From: Candidatus Dormiibacterota bacterium | GTDB taxonomy: Bacteria > Chloroflexota > Dormibacteria > Aeolococcales > Aeolococcaceae | Reading direction: 5' to 3' | Length of the DNA stretch: 64,000 bases | Assembly: GCA_027365835.1 (NCBI GenBank) | Contig: DAHXLU010000103.1 | Span: forward strand, 1,260 to 65,259 | Position numbers and translations under genes: made by a program | The notes under the pieces: model-generated | What the model saw: the letters and a program-made list of their open reading frames with translations, nothing else | Databases searched by the model: none | Told to the model about the DNA's origin: nothing | Part shown: in pieces, positions 31,780 through 41,427 of the stretch | Numbering within the stretch: the stretch's first letter is position 1 | Layout: the number at the start of each line of letters is the position of its first letter

Positions 31780-33507
31780 CTACTCTGGTGGACCAAAAAG
31801 CGCACCCGACCATGCAGGCAGCTGCATGATCCTGGAGCCATCCTTCGTTTTGTTACGTTCCACTGCTGTGCTGGTTGTGAGCATTGGTCTGCCATGCGAC
31901 GGGCAGTCCGCATCCAGATCCCCCAGGTTGAGGACGACTGTGAAAGCACCCCGGCGCCATCCCCAGGTGCTCTTTTCCGGCAACTCTGCGTAACCACTCT
32001 CCCGGAGGTCGGTGTGGCTTCTGCGGAGCGCTATCAGCTTGCGCGTGAAGTTGAGGGTTGAGTCGGCATCTTTTTTTTGATCGGCTACATTGCGCTCCAG
32101 CGTTCCGAATGGGAGCCACGGAGTTACGGTAGGCGCCGTAAATCCAGCACCGGGCTCTGAATTCCACGGCATGGGAGTCCTTGAGGGATCCCTGCCAATA
32201 GTGTTTCCCTGGTGAGGGACCATGGTGTCGCGCTTTTGTGAAAGGGTTATGCGGGTGTCCTCCATTCCCAGCTCGTCGCCATAGTAGATGACAGGAACGC
32301 CTGGAAGCAGCAGCAGGAGCATGAGGATGCACCTGATCCTGTCCTCTTCACCGCCACCCCACCTGGTAGTAAAGCGCGACTTGTCATGGTTGGAAACAGT
32401 CCAGGTCGCTGTCGCACCAGGTGGCAGGAGAGCAAAGGTCTCCCTTGTTATGGAGCGCAGGACCGAAGGGTCGAATGGTGCATCCAGAAATGCTGCATTG
32501 AGGGTAAGGTGCAGTTCGGGGGCGTCTTCCGTGCCGTAGAAGGGGACCATGCGCGATGGATCGGTGACATAGGTTTCTCCATAGAGGAGCGGGGATGACT
32601 GGTACTCATCGGCAAGCCTGCGCCAGTGACGGTGAATTTCATGCACCTCGGGCTGTTCTCCGTTGTACAGGGGCCGCTGTCCACGTTCTACCCAGTCTTT
32701 TGGGTCAAGCGGCTGCGCGGGAGGGTTGTTCCTGAGCTTTGCGTCCTTGACAATCCCATGGGCCACATCTATCCGGAATCCGGCGATGTGCCGGTCCAGC
32801 CAGAAACGTAGGATCTCATCAAAGGCAGTTTTTACCTCTGGGTTCCACCAGTTGAGGTCGGGCTGGCAGGGGAGAAAGTTGTGCAGGTACCATTCGCCGC
32901 TCTTTTCATCCAGGGTCCAGGCTGGATCTACCGTTGCAGAGAGCCAGTTGTTGGGAGGGCCCCCATCGCGCCCTGCCGCAAAGACGTACCAGTCCCGGTG
33001 TCTCGCAGTACGCGAGCTTAAGGCGTCCGTAAACCAGGGATGACTGGAGCTTGTGTGGTTGGGCACCAGATCCAGCAGCACATGGATCCCGCGCTTGCCG
33101 GCTGCTTCCACCAGCCTGTCCATGTCATCCAGGGTCCCAAAGTCCGGATGCACGCCGGTGTAGTCCGACACGTCATACCCCCAGTCACCGTTGGGAGACG
33201 GCATGGTCGGATTGAGCCAGATCCCATCTATCCCGAGCCATGCGAGGTAATCCAGATGCTGGGTAATCCCCGGCAGGTCCCCGTATCCATCATGGTTGGA
33301 GTCGGCAAATGAGCGTGGGTAGATCTGGTAGAGCACAGCATTCTTCCACCACGGAGCAGGCGCTGCGCGAGGATGCGTTGGGTTGGCAACTGCGGGGGGC
33401 ACTTTCAAGGAAAGGATAGACCATACGCCCCTATGGGATTGGTGGCGTGCTTTCTGGCCAGGCGGGTGCCCTGGAAACCGCCTGGCGGATGGGGCAAAGG
33501 GCCCCAA
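31780..33507 (-). CDS. GH13 alpha-glucosidase / oligo-1,6-glucosidase-like
   Basis: WWKNAVLYQIYPRSF, GIDGIWLNP, RIDVAHGI, EVH...ET motifs of the alpha-amylase catalytic domain. Start uncertain (TTG at 33507 or GTG at 33402). Confidence 0.85.
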   Translation of the reverse strand: MGPFAPSARRFPGHPPGQKARHQSHRGVWSILSLKVPPAVANPTHPRAAPAPWWKNAVLYQIYPRSFADSNHDGYGDLPGITQHLDYLAWLGIDGIWLNPTMPSPNGDWGYDVSDYTGVHPDFGTLDDMDRLVEAAGKRGIHVLLDLVPNHTSSSHPWFTDALSSRTARHRDWYVFAAGRDGGPPNNWLSATVDPAWTLDEKSGEWYLHNFLPCQPDLNWWNPEVKTAFDEILRFWLDRHIAGFRIDVAHGIVKDAKLRNNPPAQPLDPKDWVERGQRPLYNGEQPEVHEIHRHWRRLADEYQSSPLLYGETYVTDPSRMVPFYGTEDAPELHLTLNAAFLDAPFDPSVLRSITRETFALLPPGATATWTVSNHDKSRFTTRWGGGEEDRIRCILMLLLLLPGVPVIYYGDELGMEDTRITLSQKRDTMVPHQGNTIGRDPSRTPMPWNSEPGAGFTAPTVTPWLPFGTLERNVADQKKDADSTLNFTRKLIALRRSHTDLRESGYAELPEKSTWGWRRGAFTVVLNLGDLDADCPSHGRPMLTTSTAVERNKTKDGSRIMQLPAWSGALFGPPE

Positions 33508-33552
33508 AAACCTCCCTGCTGGTTCCCGGTAGGACTGCTGCCGGGGCGGGCA

Positions 33553-35001
33553 ATGGCTCGATTAGCCAAGATACTGGAACAGGTCCGTCATCCTTCCGTT
33601 ACACACTTGTGGGTGATTCGCCACAAAGGGGCCTGGTTCATGATATTGTCCCTAGTAATGTCCGTCTGTGTGCGGGCTGGGCTGGATGATCAGGAGAGGA
33701 CTATGGCCATAGATACTGACGGAGTTGTCGTCCCACCGTTGCTAGATATGGAGATCGGTGAGGGTGAAGAGGTGTCTGCGCCGACACGGCAGATCATGCC
33801 GCCAAGACCTTCTGGTCTTGGGCTATTTGCAACATGGCCATCTCTTGCCAGAGACTATCGCCAGACGGAAGAGGGCGCTGTGGCCCTGTTCCCGGATGAT
33901 TCAGTCGAGCTTGAGGGCAGGGTTGGGCCGCGGGAGGTTTCCGGTGCGGTTATTCCCTCCCCTGTGGGTGTAGTGCCACCTTCCACGGCCTCGTCTGGCC
34001 AGGGATCCATGTGGCCAGCTCCTGGGCAACGCCTGGCAGCAACCCAAAAAGAGGGCGGTAGTGGCCTGGGGCTCTCTGACGCCATGGTCAGGGACTTTGC
34101 TCCTGGTGCGTCGGTGCGCTACCGGCAGGGAGCTCCTGCCGGGTGGAGAGGGCTCGTCTGGCGAGCGACAATGGGCCATGTGGTGGTTCCGGAGTCTGCA
34201 CGCGCCAGGCGGTCCGCCGAGCGGCTCACCAGGATACAGACGCCAGTAGCAGCATGTGCCAAGATCGCCTTTGCATCGGGAAAGGGAGGGGTGGGTAAAA
34301 CCACCGCAACACTTCTCTGCGGAACGGCTCTTTCCCTCCTGCGGGGCGACCGGATTGTTGCCATGGATGCTAACCCGGATGCCGGATCACTGGGATGGAG
34401 GGTGGACCGCCGCACAGACAGTACGCTTTCTGATCTTCTGCGTGATGCAGATACGATAAGCCGGTACGGGGATGTGCGCTCTTATATGAGTCAGTCTGAC
34501 TCCCGGCTGGAGGTGCTTGCCTCTGCGAATAACCCCTCGATCTCGATGGCCATGGGTGACGGTGAGTACCGGAGGGCGGTGGAGATAATAGAGCAGTACT
34601 ACAGCATGCTGCTCATGGATCTGGGTACTGGCCTTGTGGACGGAGGCACCCAGGCTATCCTGGGCCTGGCATCGCAGGTAGTGGTCATAACTTCTCCGAG
34701 TGTGGACTCTGGACGGATTGCTGATTTCACCCTGGATTTTATTGAAAAGCGAGATCCAGAAAAGGCGCGTGCTGCAATCGTTGTAATCAACAATGTACGC
34801 AAGGACAGCGCTATTGATGTAGATGCACTGGATGCGCACTTTGCAAGCCGCGCTGCTGCAGTTGTGAGGGTCCCTTGGGATGCCCATCTTTCTGCCGGGG
34901 ATATTCCCCGCTGGGAGCTGCTGCAGCCCCAGACGCGGGAAGCGTATCTGGATCTGGCGGCCCTGGTAGCCGCTGCCGCTGGCACCGGGGCTCCTGGCTG
35001 A
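33553..35001 (+). CDS. MinD/ParA-superfamily P-loop ATPase (CpaE/Ssd-like) with a long N-terminal extension
   Basis: Deviant Walker A IAFASGKGGVGKTT at about residue 250, Walker B LLMDLGTG, and a C-terminal CpaE/TadZ-like region. The N-terminal ~230 aa are low-complexity and unassigned. Start uncertain. Confidence 0.65.
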   Translation: MARLAKILEQVRHPSVTHLWVIRHKGAWFMILSLVMSVCVRAGLDDQERTMAIDTDGVVVPPLLDMEIGEGEEVSAPTRQIMPPRPSGLGLFATWPSLARDYRQTEEGAVALFPDDSVELEGRVGPREVSGAVIPSPVGVVPPSTASSGQGSMWPAPGQRLAATQKEGGSGLGLSDAMVRDFAPGASVRYRQGAPAGWRGLVWRATMGHVVVPESARARRSAERLTRIQTPVAACAKIAFASGKGGVGKTTATLLCGTALSLLRGDRIVAMDANPDAGSLGWRVDRRTDSTLSDLLRDADTISRYGDVRSYMSQSDSRLEVLASANNPSISMAMGDGEYRRAVEIIEQYYSMLLMDLGTGLVDGGTQAILGLASQVVVITSPSVDSGRIADFTLDFIEKRDPEKARAAIVVINNVRKDSAIDVDALDAHFASRAAAVVRVPWDAHLSAGDIPRWELLQPQTREAYLDLAALVAAAAGTGAPG

Positions 35002-35065
35002 ATCGGATATTATCGGTGGGGTGACAGGAGAGCCCGACACCAATGCCAGGACGGATGTCGCCATA

Positions 35066-35953
35066 ATGGTTTCTGGTCTCATAAAGCGGTATGGTGCCGT
35101 GGCTGCGGTGGATGGCCTCGATTTTTCCATAGAGGCAGGAAAGCTCACATCCATCCTTGGGGCCAACGGGGCGGGAAAGACAACAACCCTTGAGATTATG
35201 GAGGGGCTCCGCACTGCGGACGCAGGGGAGATTCGGATCCTGGGGATGACTCCGAAGGAGGCCCGCTCCATTACCGGTGTGCAGCTGCAGGAAGGGACAC
35301 TATATGAGGATCTGTCCTGCCTCGAGACGCTGCGCTTCTTTGGGCGCATGTACGGCTGTATGGTGGATGGGGCAGGTCTTCTCTCCATGGTCGGACTGGA
35401 GCAGAAGGGACATCTGCGCGCGAACCAGCTCTCAGGTGGGCAGAAGCGACGGCTGCAGATGGCAATAGCGCTGGTCAACGATCCAGAGGTGGTGATTCTC
35501 GATGAACCAACCACGGGCCTTGATCCAGTTACCAGGCGGGAAACATGGAACCTGATATCACGGCTCAAGGAGGATGGACGCACGGTGGTGCTCACCACCC
35601 ATTACATTGATGAGGCCGAAGCGCTGTCTGACTGGGTAATCATTGTGGACAGGGGCAAGGTGGTTACCCAGGGAACGCCAGCGTCGCTTGTGCGGGCGGG
35701 AGGCAATACAGCGCACGTTGAGCTGGACGTACGGGACCCTGCCATGGTGCAGCGACTGGTGTCGCTTGCATCTGGAAGACAGGAGGGGGATCGCTTTGTT
35801 GCAGATACTGCGGATCCAGCGGGCATGGTACGCACCCTGGCAGAGCTGGTCCCTCCTGAGATAATGGCCAGCCTCCGGATCCGCTCCCGCTCCCTTGAGG
35901 ATGTGTTTCTCGAGACAGCTGGCTATCAGCTGGAGGCACAGGTCCCTGAATGA
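35066..35953 (+). CDS. ABC transporter ATP-binding protein (ABC-2/DrrA-like)
   Basis: Walker A GANGAGKTT, signature LSGGQKRRLQMAIAL, Walker B VVILDEPTTGLD. An alternative GTG start at 35021 is possible. Confidence 0.88.
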   Translation: MVSGLIKRYGAVAAVDGLDFSIEAGKLTSILGANGAGKTTTLEIMEGLRTADAGEIRILGMTPKEARSITGVQLQEGTLYEDLSCLETLRFFGRMYGCMVDGAGLLSMVGLEQKGHLRANQLSGGQKRRLQMAIALVNDPEVVILDEPTTGLDPVTRRETWNLISRLKEDGRTVVLTTHYIDEAEALSDWVIIVDRGKVVTQGTPASLVRAGGNTAHVELDVRDPAMVQRLVSLASGRQEGDRFVADTADPAGMVRTLAELVPPEIMASLRIRSRSLEDVFLETAGYQLEAQVPE

Positions 35954-37173
35954 GTGCGCCCGTACTCTCCCAGATGGTCTCGAAAGGAACAGTTAAATGG
36001 GGCAGGAGTCTTTTCGATGTGTGGAAGGTCCAGCTGCTCCGTTTGTTCCGCAATCGCCAGGTATTTGTCTTCAATCTCCTGGTCCCACTCATGATGATCC
36101 TTATCTTTGGTGCCCTCTTCCAGGGGAAGCCCACAAAGGTGGCAGTGTCGGTGCCAGCTTCCCTTCGGCAACTGGTAGGTCACGACCTTCCTGGTAGCTC
36201 TTTTGTCGTTGTGAACGCGACGCCATCACAGGCACGGCTGGATGTGCAGAACGGCACTGCAGAATGGGGGCTTGTGATACTCGGGGCAGCCCCTCATGGG
36301 CAGGTGGGAGGGGTCAGCCAGGGCAGTGCCGTCTCTCCGGTGCAGGGACTGTCTCTTCCTGGCGCAGATAGCGCGCTCTCCACTCCGGTTGTAGCCACGA
36401 TATATCTCCAGTCTGGCAATACAACAGCCAATGGCGCATTCCAGGCAGAGGCAGGAGCTGTAGTTGCGGGCCTGAACCAGCAGCTTTCAGGCCATCCTCC
36501 AGTCGTGCTCAGCCATGTAGACAACCTCCAGGTGGCCGGTTCCGCAGTCCGGTCCGAAAGTTATGTCAGTTTCCTTACCCCTGGTGTTATTGCCTACGCC
36601 ATAACAACAGCGGGCATGCTTTCTGCCGGCATGCAGCTTGTAAACGACCGGGAGCGTGGGGCATTGCGACGGATCCGGGCGACGCCAGTCCGTCTTTCGG
36701 CATTTCTGGGTGGAATTGTCGCCGCCCAGCTGGTGCTCATCATCATCCAGACTGTGATCCTCTTTGCCTCTGCCTATCTTTTCTATGGTGTAGCTGTCCA
36801 GGGTTCACTGCTGGTTCTGGGACTGGTCTGTCTCGCAGGCGCGTTCTGCTTTCTTGCGACCGGTTTTCTGCTGGTCTCGGTATCCAAGGGACCACAGGCA
36901 GCAATTACCATGGCTAACCTCTTTACCCTGCCGCAGCTTTTTATTGCTGGCATTTTCTATCCGCTCTCGTCAGCGCCAGACTGGCTGCAGCATCTGGCTG
37001 TTGTAATGCCTCTCCGGTATTTCAGCGAGGCGTTGCGGTCGGTAGCTGCTGATGGCCTGGGATTAGGCGCCATCTGGGGGGATTTGCTGTTCCTCTTGCT
37101 GTTCGGGTGCGTTGCGGCTGTGCTCGCGCTGCGAACCTTTGCGTTTGAGCCAAGAGGCGGTGCCGCGGCATAA
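35950..37173 (+). CDS. ABC-2 family transporter permease
   Basis: ATGA overlap with the ATPase gene. N-terminal transmembrane helix, a large extracytoplasmic loop, and a C-terminal 5-TM ABC-2 domain. Confidence 0.8.
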   Translation: MSAPVLSQMVSKGTVKWGRSLFDVWKVQLLRLFRNRQVFVFNLLVPLMMILIFGALFQGKPTKVAVSVPASLRQLVGHDLPGSSFVVVNATPSQARLDVQNGTAEWGLVILGAAPHGQVGGVSQGSAVSPVQGLSLPGADSALSTPVVATIYLQSGNTTANGAFQAEAGAVVAGLNQQLSGHPPVVLSHVDNLQVAGSAVRSESYVSFLTPGVIAYAITTAGMLSAGMQLVNDRERGALRRIRATPVRLSAFLGGIVAAQLVLIIIQTVILFASAYLFYGVAVQGSLLVLGLVCLAGAFCFLATGFLLVSVSKGPQAAITMANLFTLPQLFIAGIFYPLSSAPDWLQHLAVVMPLRYFSEALRSVAADGLGLGAIWGDLLFLLLFGCVAAVLALRTFAFEPRGGAAA

Positions 37174-37331
37174 GGGCCAGGGACGCTTTCATGTCGCTCA
37201 GTGAGGGCCTGGAGCACAGCATGGCACTCTTCCATGCCTGCCCAGTTTTACGACCCCGCGATATGCTGTTCTACATGGAAAAAGTGTTGGGTAGTTCATT
37301 TATGGACTTTCCACAGGAAGGCTGAGCCGGG

Positions 37332-39302
37332 TTGACCAGAGAGGCGCCCAGGGGAGCGGCGGTCCTGCTTGAGGACCGGGAGTTGCTTCGTGCCCGCCTG
37401 AAAGCCCTCCCTCTCAGTCCAGGGGTCTATCTCTTTTCAGACCGGGCAGGGACGGTCATCTATGTCGGGAAGGCAGGCAAGCTTAGAAACAGGGTCTCCT
37501 CATATTTCTCCGGGATTGACAGCCATACGCCCAAGACCAGAAGGCTGGTGGAAAATGCTGCCAACTTTGAGGTTATAAGCTGTGCCAGCGATGAAGAAGC
37601 ACTGCTGCTGGAGGCGGTGCTTATCAAGCGGCACCGGCCCCGCTACAACGTCTCTCTGCGTGATGACAAGAACTATCTGTATCTGCGGGTGCCGCGCCCG
37701 GTGGAGGGAACCGGTCGAAATGCTGACCTGTATCCCCGCCCAGGCTTTGTGCGCAAGGTAGGTAGTGATGGCGCCAACTATTTTGGCCCTTACGCAAGCT
37801 CAAGGGCGCTGCGTGATGCTGTTGGGGTTTTGCGGACAGTGGTGCCGTTTCGTGCATGTAGTGATGAGATGTTTGCACGGGGCAGGGTTTGCCTGGATTT
37901 CCATATAAAGCGGTGCGCTGGCCCATGTGAGGGCCTCATAACGGCACAGGACTACAGCCTGCTGCTATCCCAGGTTGAGACGTTCCTGACCGGAGACACG
38001 GCAGGTGTCGCCCAGGCGCTTCGGAGCGCGATGGATGCTGCTGCCGAACGCATGGACTATGAGAGTGCAGCACGGCTTCGGGATCGGCTGCACGCAGTAG
38101 AGTCGATCCGGGAGCGCCAGGTCGTCATCAGGGGACGTACCCGCAATGAGGATGTGCTGGGGGTAGCGTTTGATGGTGAGCGGGCAATTGGAAGTGTCCT
38201 GGTGGTCCGGGCTGGCAGGGTGATAGGAGCGGAAACCTATCATCTCCAGGGCGATGCAAATACGCTGGCTGAGGAGTGGCTTGCAGGATTTTTTGACCAG
38301 TATTATGCCAATGCCCAGCAGCTCCCGGATCTGGTCGCACTGCCCTGTCGCCTCCCTGAGATGGATGCGGCGCGGACTGCTCTGGAGTTGCGCTCGGGCC
38401 ACCGGGTCGAGCTGCGCTGTGCCCGGAGAGGTGTGCTCGCAGGGCTGCTGGCACGCGCCCACGAAACTGCGACAGCGGCTCTCTCCCAGCGCCGCGTCGA
38501 AGACGATTTTGATGCAGAGCGCAGCAGGGAGCTGCTCGTCGGCCTCCAGCGCGCCCTACGGTTGCCCAGGCTCCCCAGGCGCATAGAGTGCTATGACATC
38601 TCCAACACCATGGGTACCCATTCGGTGGCATCCATGGTGGTTTTTGTGGATGCGCGGCCAGCCGCCAGACTGTATCGCCAGTTCTCAATCCGGTCGGTAC
38701 GCGGCCCAGATGATTTTGCTTCCATGGCAGAGGCAATCCGGAGGCGCTTTTCCAGGCTTGGCACGGTGGCGCGGATGGACGGGGCGTCCGGGACGGGGGA
38801 GCAGGGAGCTGAGCCGCCGACAGTCCCACCGACCAGTTCGCCATCCAGGTCATCCCAGAGGGTGGACCCGAGTTTTTCTGCGTTCCCTGATCTTCTGCTG
38901 ATAGACGGTGGAAAGGGACAGGTATCTGCAGTTGTGAAAGCTCTGGATGAGGCTGGGATAAGCGTTCCGGTAGTGGGACTTGCGAAACGGAATGAGGAGT
39001 TGTACCCCGCCCATGCCACAAGACCGATTATCCTAGGAAAGGACGACCCAGTGCTTTTTCTGGTGCAGCGGATTCGTGATGAGGCGCACCGGTTTGCCAT
39101 CACAAGGCATCGTGCCAGGCGTGAGAAAGTAGCGACCGGATCCAGACTCGACCAGCTGCCCGGTGTGGGGCCAGTCAGGAAGAAGGCGTTGATCCGGGAA
39201 TTTGGGAGTCTGGAAGGAGTACGGAGGGCAACGGTGGATGAGATAGCAAGGGTAGCGGGATTCTCCAGGGTGTCTGCCATCCGGCTCAAGGAGGTGCTGT
39301 GA
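37332..39302 (+). CDS. uvrC: Excinuclease ABC subunit C
   Basis: GIY-YIG motif GVYLFSDRAGTVIYVGKAGKLRNRVSSYF, UvrBC domain, RNase H-like domain and a C-terminal (HhH)2 domain. Confidence 0.93.
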   Translation: MTREAPRGAAVLLEDRELLRARLKALPLSPGVYLFSDRAGTVIYVGKAGKLRNRVSSYFSGIDSHTPKTRRLVENAANFEVISCASDEEALLLEAVLIKRHRPRYNVSLRDDKNYLYLRVPRPVEGTGRNADLYPRPGFVRKVGSDGANYFGPYASSRALRDAVGVLRTVVPFRACSDEMFARGRVCLDFHIKRCAGPCEGLITAQDYSLLLSQVETFLTGDTAGVAQALRSAMDAAAERMDYESAARLRDRLHAVESIRERQVVIRGRTRNEDVLGVAFDGERAIGSVLVVRAGRVIGAETYHLQGDANTLAEEWLAGFFDQYYANAQQLPDLVALPCRLPEMDAARTALELRSGHRVELRCARRGVLAGLLARAHETATAALSQRRVEDDFDAERSRELLVGLQRALRLPRLPRRIECYDISNTMGTHSVASMVVFVDARPAARLYRQFSIRSVRGPDDFASMAEAIRRRFSRLGTVARMDGASGTGEQGAEPPTVPPTSSPSRSSQRVDPSFSAFPDLLLIDGGKGQVSAVVKALDEAGISVPVVGLAKRNEELYPAHATRPIILGKDDPVLFLVQRIRDEAHRFAITRHRARREKVATGSRLDQLPGVGPVRKKALIREFGSLEGVRRATVDEIARVAGFSRVSAIRLKEVL

Positions 39303-39814
39303 CATCCAAAGGTGATGGGGCCTTCGCGACTCCCGCAAGCGTGGGCTCCTCTCCTGAGGCATCACACCTGGACAAGGCTCCCCCGAGGCGCAAGCGCGAT
39401 ACCCACAGGTTGTGGTTGCCTCCGGATGCTCCTCCATGCACTATTACGGCTTTTGGCTTCAGCTTTGGGATTCCGCCAGATGTGAACTGGGTTATGGACA
39501 TGCGTTTTATCGCAAATCCCTACTGGGTTGAAGAACTTAGGGGGCTTAGTGGCAGGGAGCCTGCAGTGCGCGATTACATCGTCTCCCAGCCTGCCGCGCA
39601 ACAGTTCCTGGATCTGGCTACCGAACTTCTGGTTCTGGCATGGACATCCCAGCGGTTCCCCCTGAAACAGATCAATCTGGGGCTGGGCTGTACCGGCGGG
39701 CGCCATCGCTCAGTGGTGATGGCTGAAGCGCTAAGTGAGCGGCTGATAGAGGTGGGAGCCAATGTCACTGTGGTCCTGCGGGATGTTGACCGTCCTGATC
39801 CCCGGTGGCATTAG
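39299..39814 (+). CDS. RapZ/YvcJ C-terminal domain-only protein (N-terminal P-loop domain absent)
   Basis: GTG start overlapping the uvrC stop. FGFSFGIPPDVNWVMDMRFIANPYW...LGCTGGRHRSV aligns, from memory, to the C-terminal half of RapZ. No Walker A motif anywhere in the ORF. Confidence 0.7.
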   Translation: MTSKGDGAFATPASVGSSPEASHLDKAPPRRKRDTHRLWLPPDAPPCTITAFGFSFGIPPDVNWVMDMRFIANPYWVEELRGLSGREPAVRDYIVSQPAAQQFLDLATELLVLAWTSQRFPLKQINLGLGCTGGRHRSVVMAEALSERLIEVGANVTVVLRDVDRPDPRWH

Positions 39815-40182
39815 GGGCTCCACTGTACTGGGGGGACCCGGTAGCCTGGGGCCTGTTATTGTGCGCGTATGCGCGCCCGTGGCCCGAACTGGTGCAGTTG
39901 CCATAACCGCAGGCAAGAAGCCAGGACAGAAGGCTGTCGGATTGCTGTGCAAAGCTGCCGGTCCGGAGGTCTACGTGCGGCGTATACGGAAGGAGAGGCT
40001 TTCCTGAAGCGCTGACTGGCTTGGCACTATCGTTTCCAGCACAAGCGTCGCTTGCGTCAAAGTCCCTGGTTTATGAGACCAATTTTGACCAATATTGAAC
40101 CTTTTTGCTGTTTTTCACTACTAATAGATAGAGGGATCTGTTCTGCCCTCGGACGTGAAGGAACACATGGGGAGTATTGGGC

Positions 40183-40476
40183 ATGGCTGATCCCATATGG
40201 GTACATCTGCTGGGTGGCGTGGGCATGCCAGCGCCTCATGAGGACGTGTGGGCTGTTGCAGTACAGGAGACGATCCCTGCCTACGCCATGATGGGCCCCC
40301 CTGGCCTTCCTGGCGGCCAGCAACTGCAAGAGCCAAAGTGTGCCATTTACTATGTCGATGCCGCGACAGGTCACACAGTCAATGTCGAATATCGTGCCGC
40401 CTCTTCCTGGCCGGCCTGGTTTGGGGCTGCGCCAGCGTTGTCAATCGTCAGGCAGGTAGTGCGAAGAAGGGGATAG
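40183..40476 (+). CDS. Small hypothetical protein (97 aa)
   Basis: ATG 8 nt after GGGGAG, immediately downstream of an AT-rich promoter-like island. No motif recognised. Confidence 0.3.
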   Translation: MADPIWVHLLGGVGMPAPHEDVWAVAVQETIPAYAMMGPPGLPGGQQLQEPKCAIYYVDAATGHTVNVEYRAASSWPAWFGAAPALSIVRQVVRRRG

Positions 40477-40511
40477 CAATATGGCTGAAGAGAATAGAAA
40501 GGGTGGATGGC

Positions 40512-41228
40512 ATGATGATTACCAGTAGGCGAGTCTACTGGGCGCTCGTGGCAATTGCGGTGGTCGGTGCGTCGGTGGGTATTGTTTGTGCTGCTACTAA
40601 GTCCTCGCGACCTGCTTTGCCAGCAGCGACACCTACTCCGTCGGCCAGGGTCTCACCTTTCCCTTCAGCCTCCCCATCCCCATCCCCATCAGTGTCAGCA
40701 TCGCCCATGGCAGTGGGTGCGCTCCCAACCTGTACCGCATCAGATCTTGTGCTTACGCCGGGGAGCCCCTATCTTGGTGTGGATGCGAATACTACGCTGT
40801 CAGAGGCATACGTGTTGAAAAACGTAAGCGCCAAGGCATGTAGCATGGCTGGTTATCCAGTGTTTACACCAGTGTTTACATATGTAGCTACGACCGGAGC
40901 CGTGGAGTCGGGTGTAACCTATAACCCTCAGGGGCCCAATCAAAATGGTAATGCGCCACCTATCGTGGTACCTACCACCAGGGTTCTGGTTCCGGCGGAT
41001 GGATTTGTGGCATTTGGGACTGTGATAAACCCAATTGAATGCAGCGTTGACGCTCCTGATGTCCGCCCTGAAATCTCATGGAGGGGCTCTTTGGGGCAGG
41101 TCGCATTGCCGGGAACCCAGGCGACAGCATGTGCGGTTCAAATACTCCCCTTTGCCGATCCCGCTACGATGTATGCCGCTGCGGAGGTGGTGGTACACAG
41201 GGGGCCTGCTCTCCCTGTAAATCCATAG
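40512..41228 (+). CDS. Secreted/membrane-anchored DUF4232-like protein
   Basis: Tandem ATG after a GAAAGGG ribosome-binding-site-like stretch. N-terminal transmembrane/signal helix, a Pro/Ser/Ala linker, then a C...SDL...G....L.N.S...C.M.GYP pattern typical of DUF4232. Confidence 0.6.
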   Translation: MMITSRRVYWALVAIAVVGASVGIVCAATKSSRPALPAATPTPSARVSPFPSASPSPSPSVSASPMAVGALPTCTASDLVLTPGSPYLGVDANTTLSEAYVLKNVSAKACSMAGYPVFTPVFTYVATTGAVESGVTYNPQGPNQNGNAPPIVVPTTRVLVPADGFVAFGTVINPIECSVDAPDVRPEISWRGSLGQVALPGTQATACAVQILPFADPATMYAAAEVVVHRGPALPVNP

Positions 41229-41427
41229 TCTGGGTACTGGTGTTATCAGCAGGGTGGTGGTATTCCTATTTGCAGAGTGGTCATTTGTGTATTGGGCACC
41301 GACGCTTGCTGCCTTCATGGGGGTGCTTGGTTTACTTGGTGGACTTACGGTGGTAGTGAGTGGTGCCAGCAGTGGACAGGCGATCTCTTGTTCCCTATCC
41401 CCTACCTGATGCCGATGTGGGCGCTGG

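Noticed and set aside
30921-31997. Long 358-aa form of the FMN_bind protein, with a 173-aa N-terminal extension overlapping the alpha-glucosidase 3' end
   Set aside because: The extension is Cys/Arg/Pro-rich with no coding character and overlaps the convergent GH13 gene. An ATG at 31478 with a GGAGAAAG ribosome-binding site gives a sensible start at the hydrophobic segment.
34387-35598. 403-aa minus-strand ORF
   Set aside because: Fully antisense to the MinD-like and ABC ATPase genes, which have clear Walker motifs. Ser/Arg/Pro-rich composition typical of high-GC antisense frames. The same applies to 38128..39021(-), 23749..24576(-), 24642..25322(-), 14013..14861(-), 14507..15262(-), 10157..10714(-), 9705..10310(-), 19831..20487(-) and 45977..46426(-).
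40248-40511. N-terminal extension of the DUF4232 ORF (MGCCSTGDDPCLRHD...)
   Set aside because: Cys/Arg-rich junk. Tandem ATG at 40512 after a purine-rich stretch precedes the transmembrane/signal helix.
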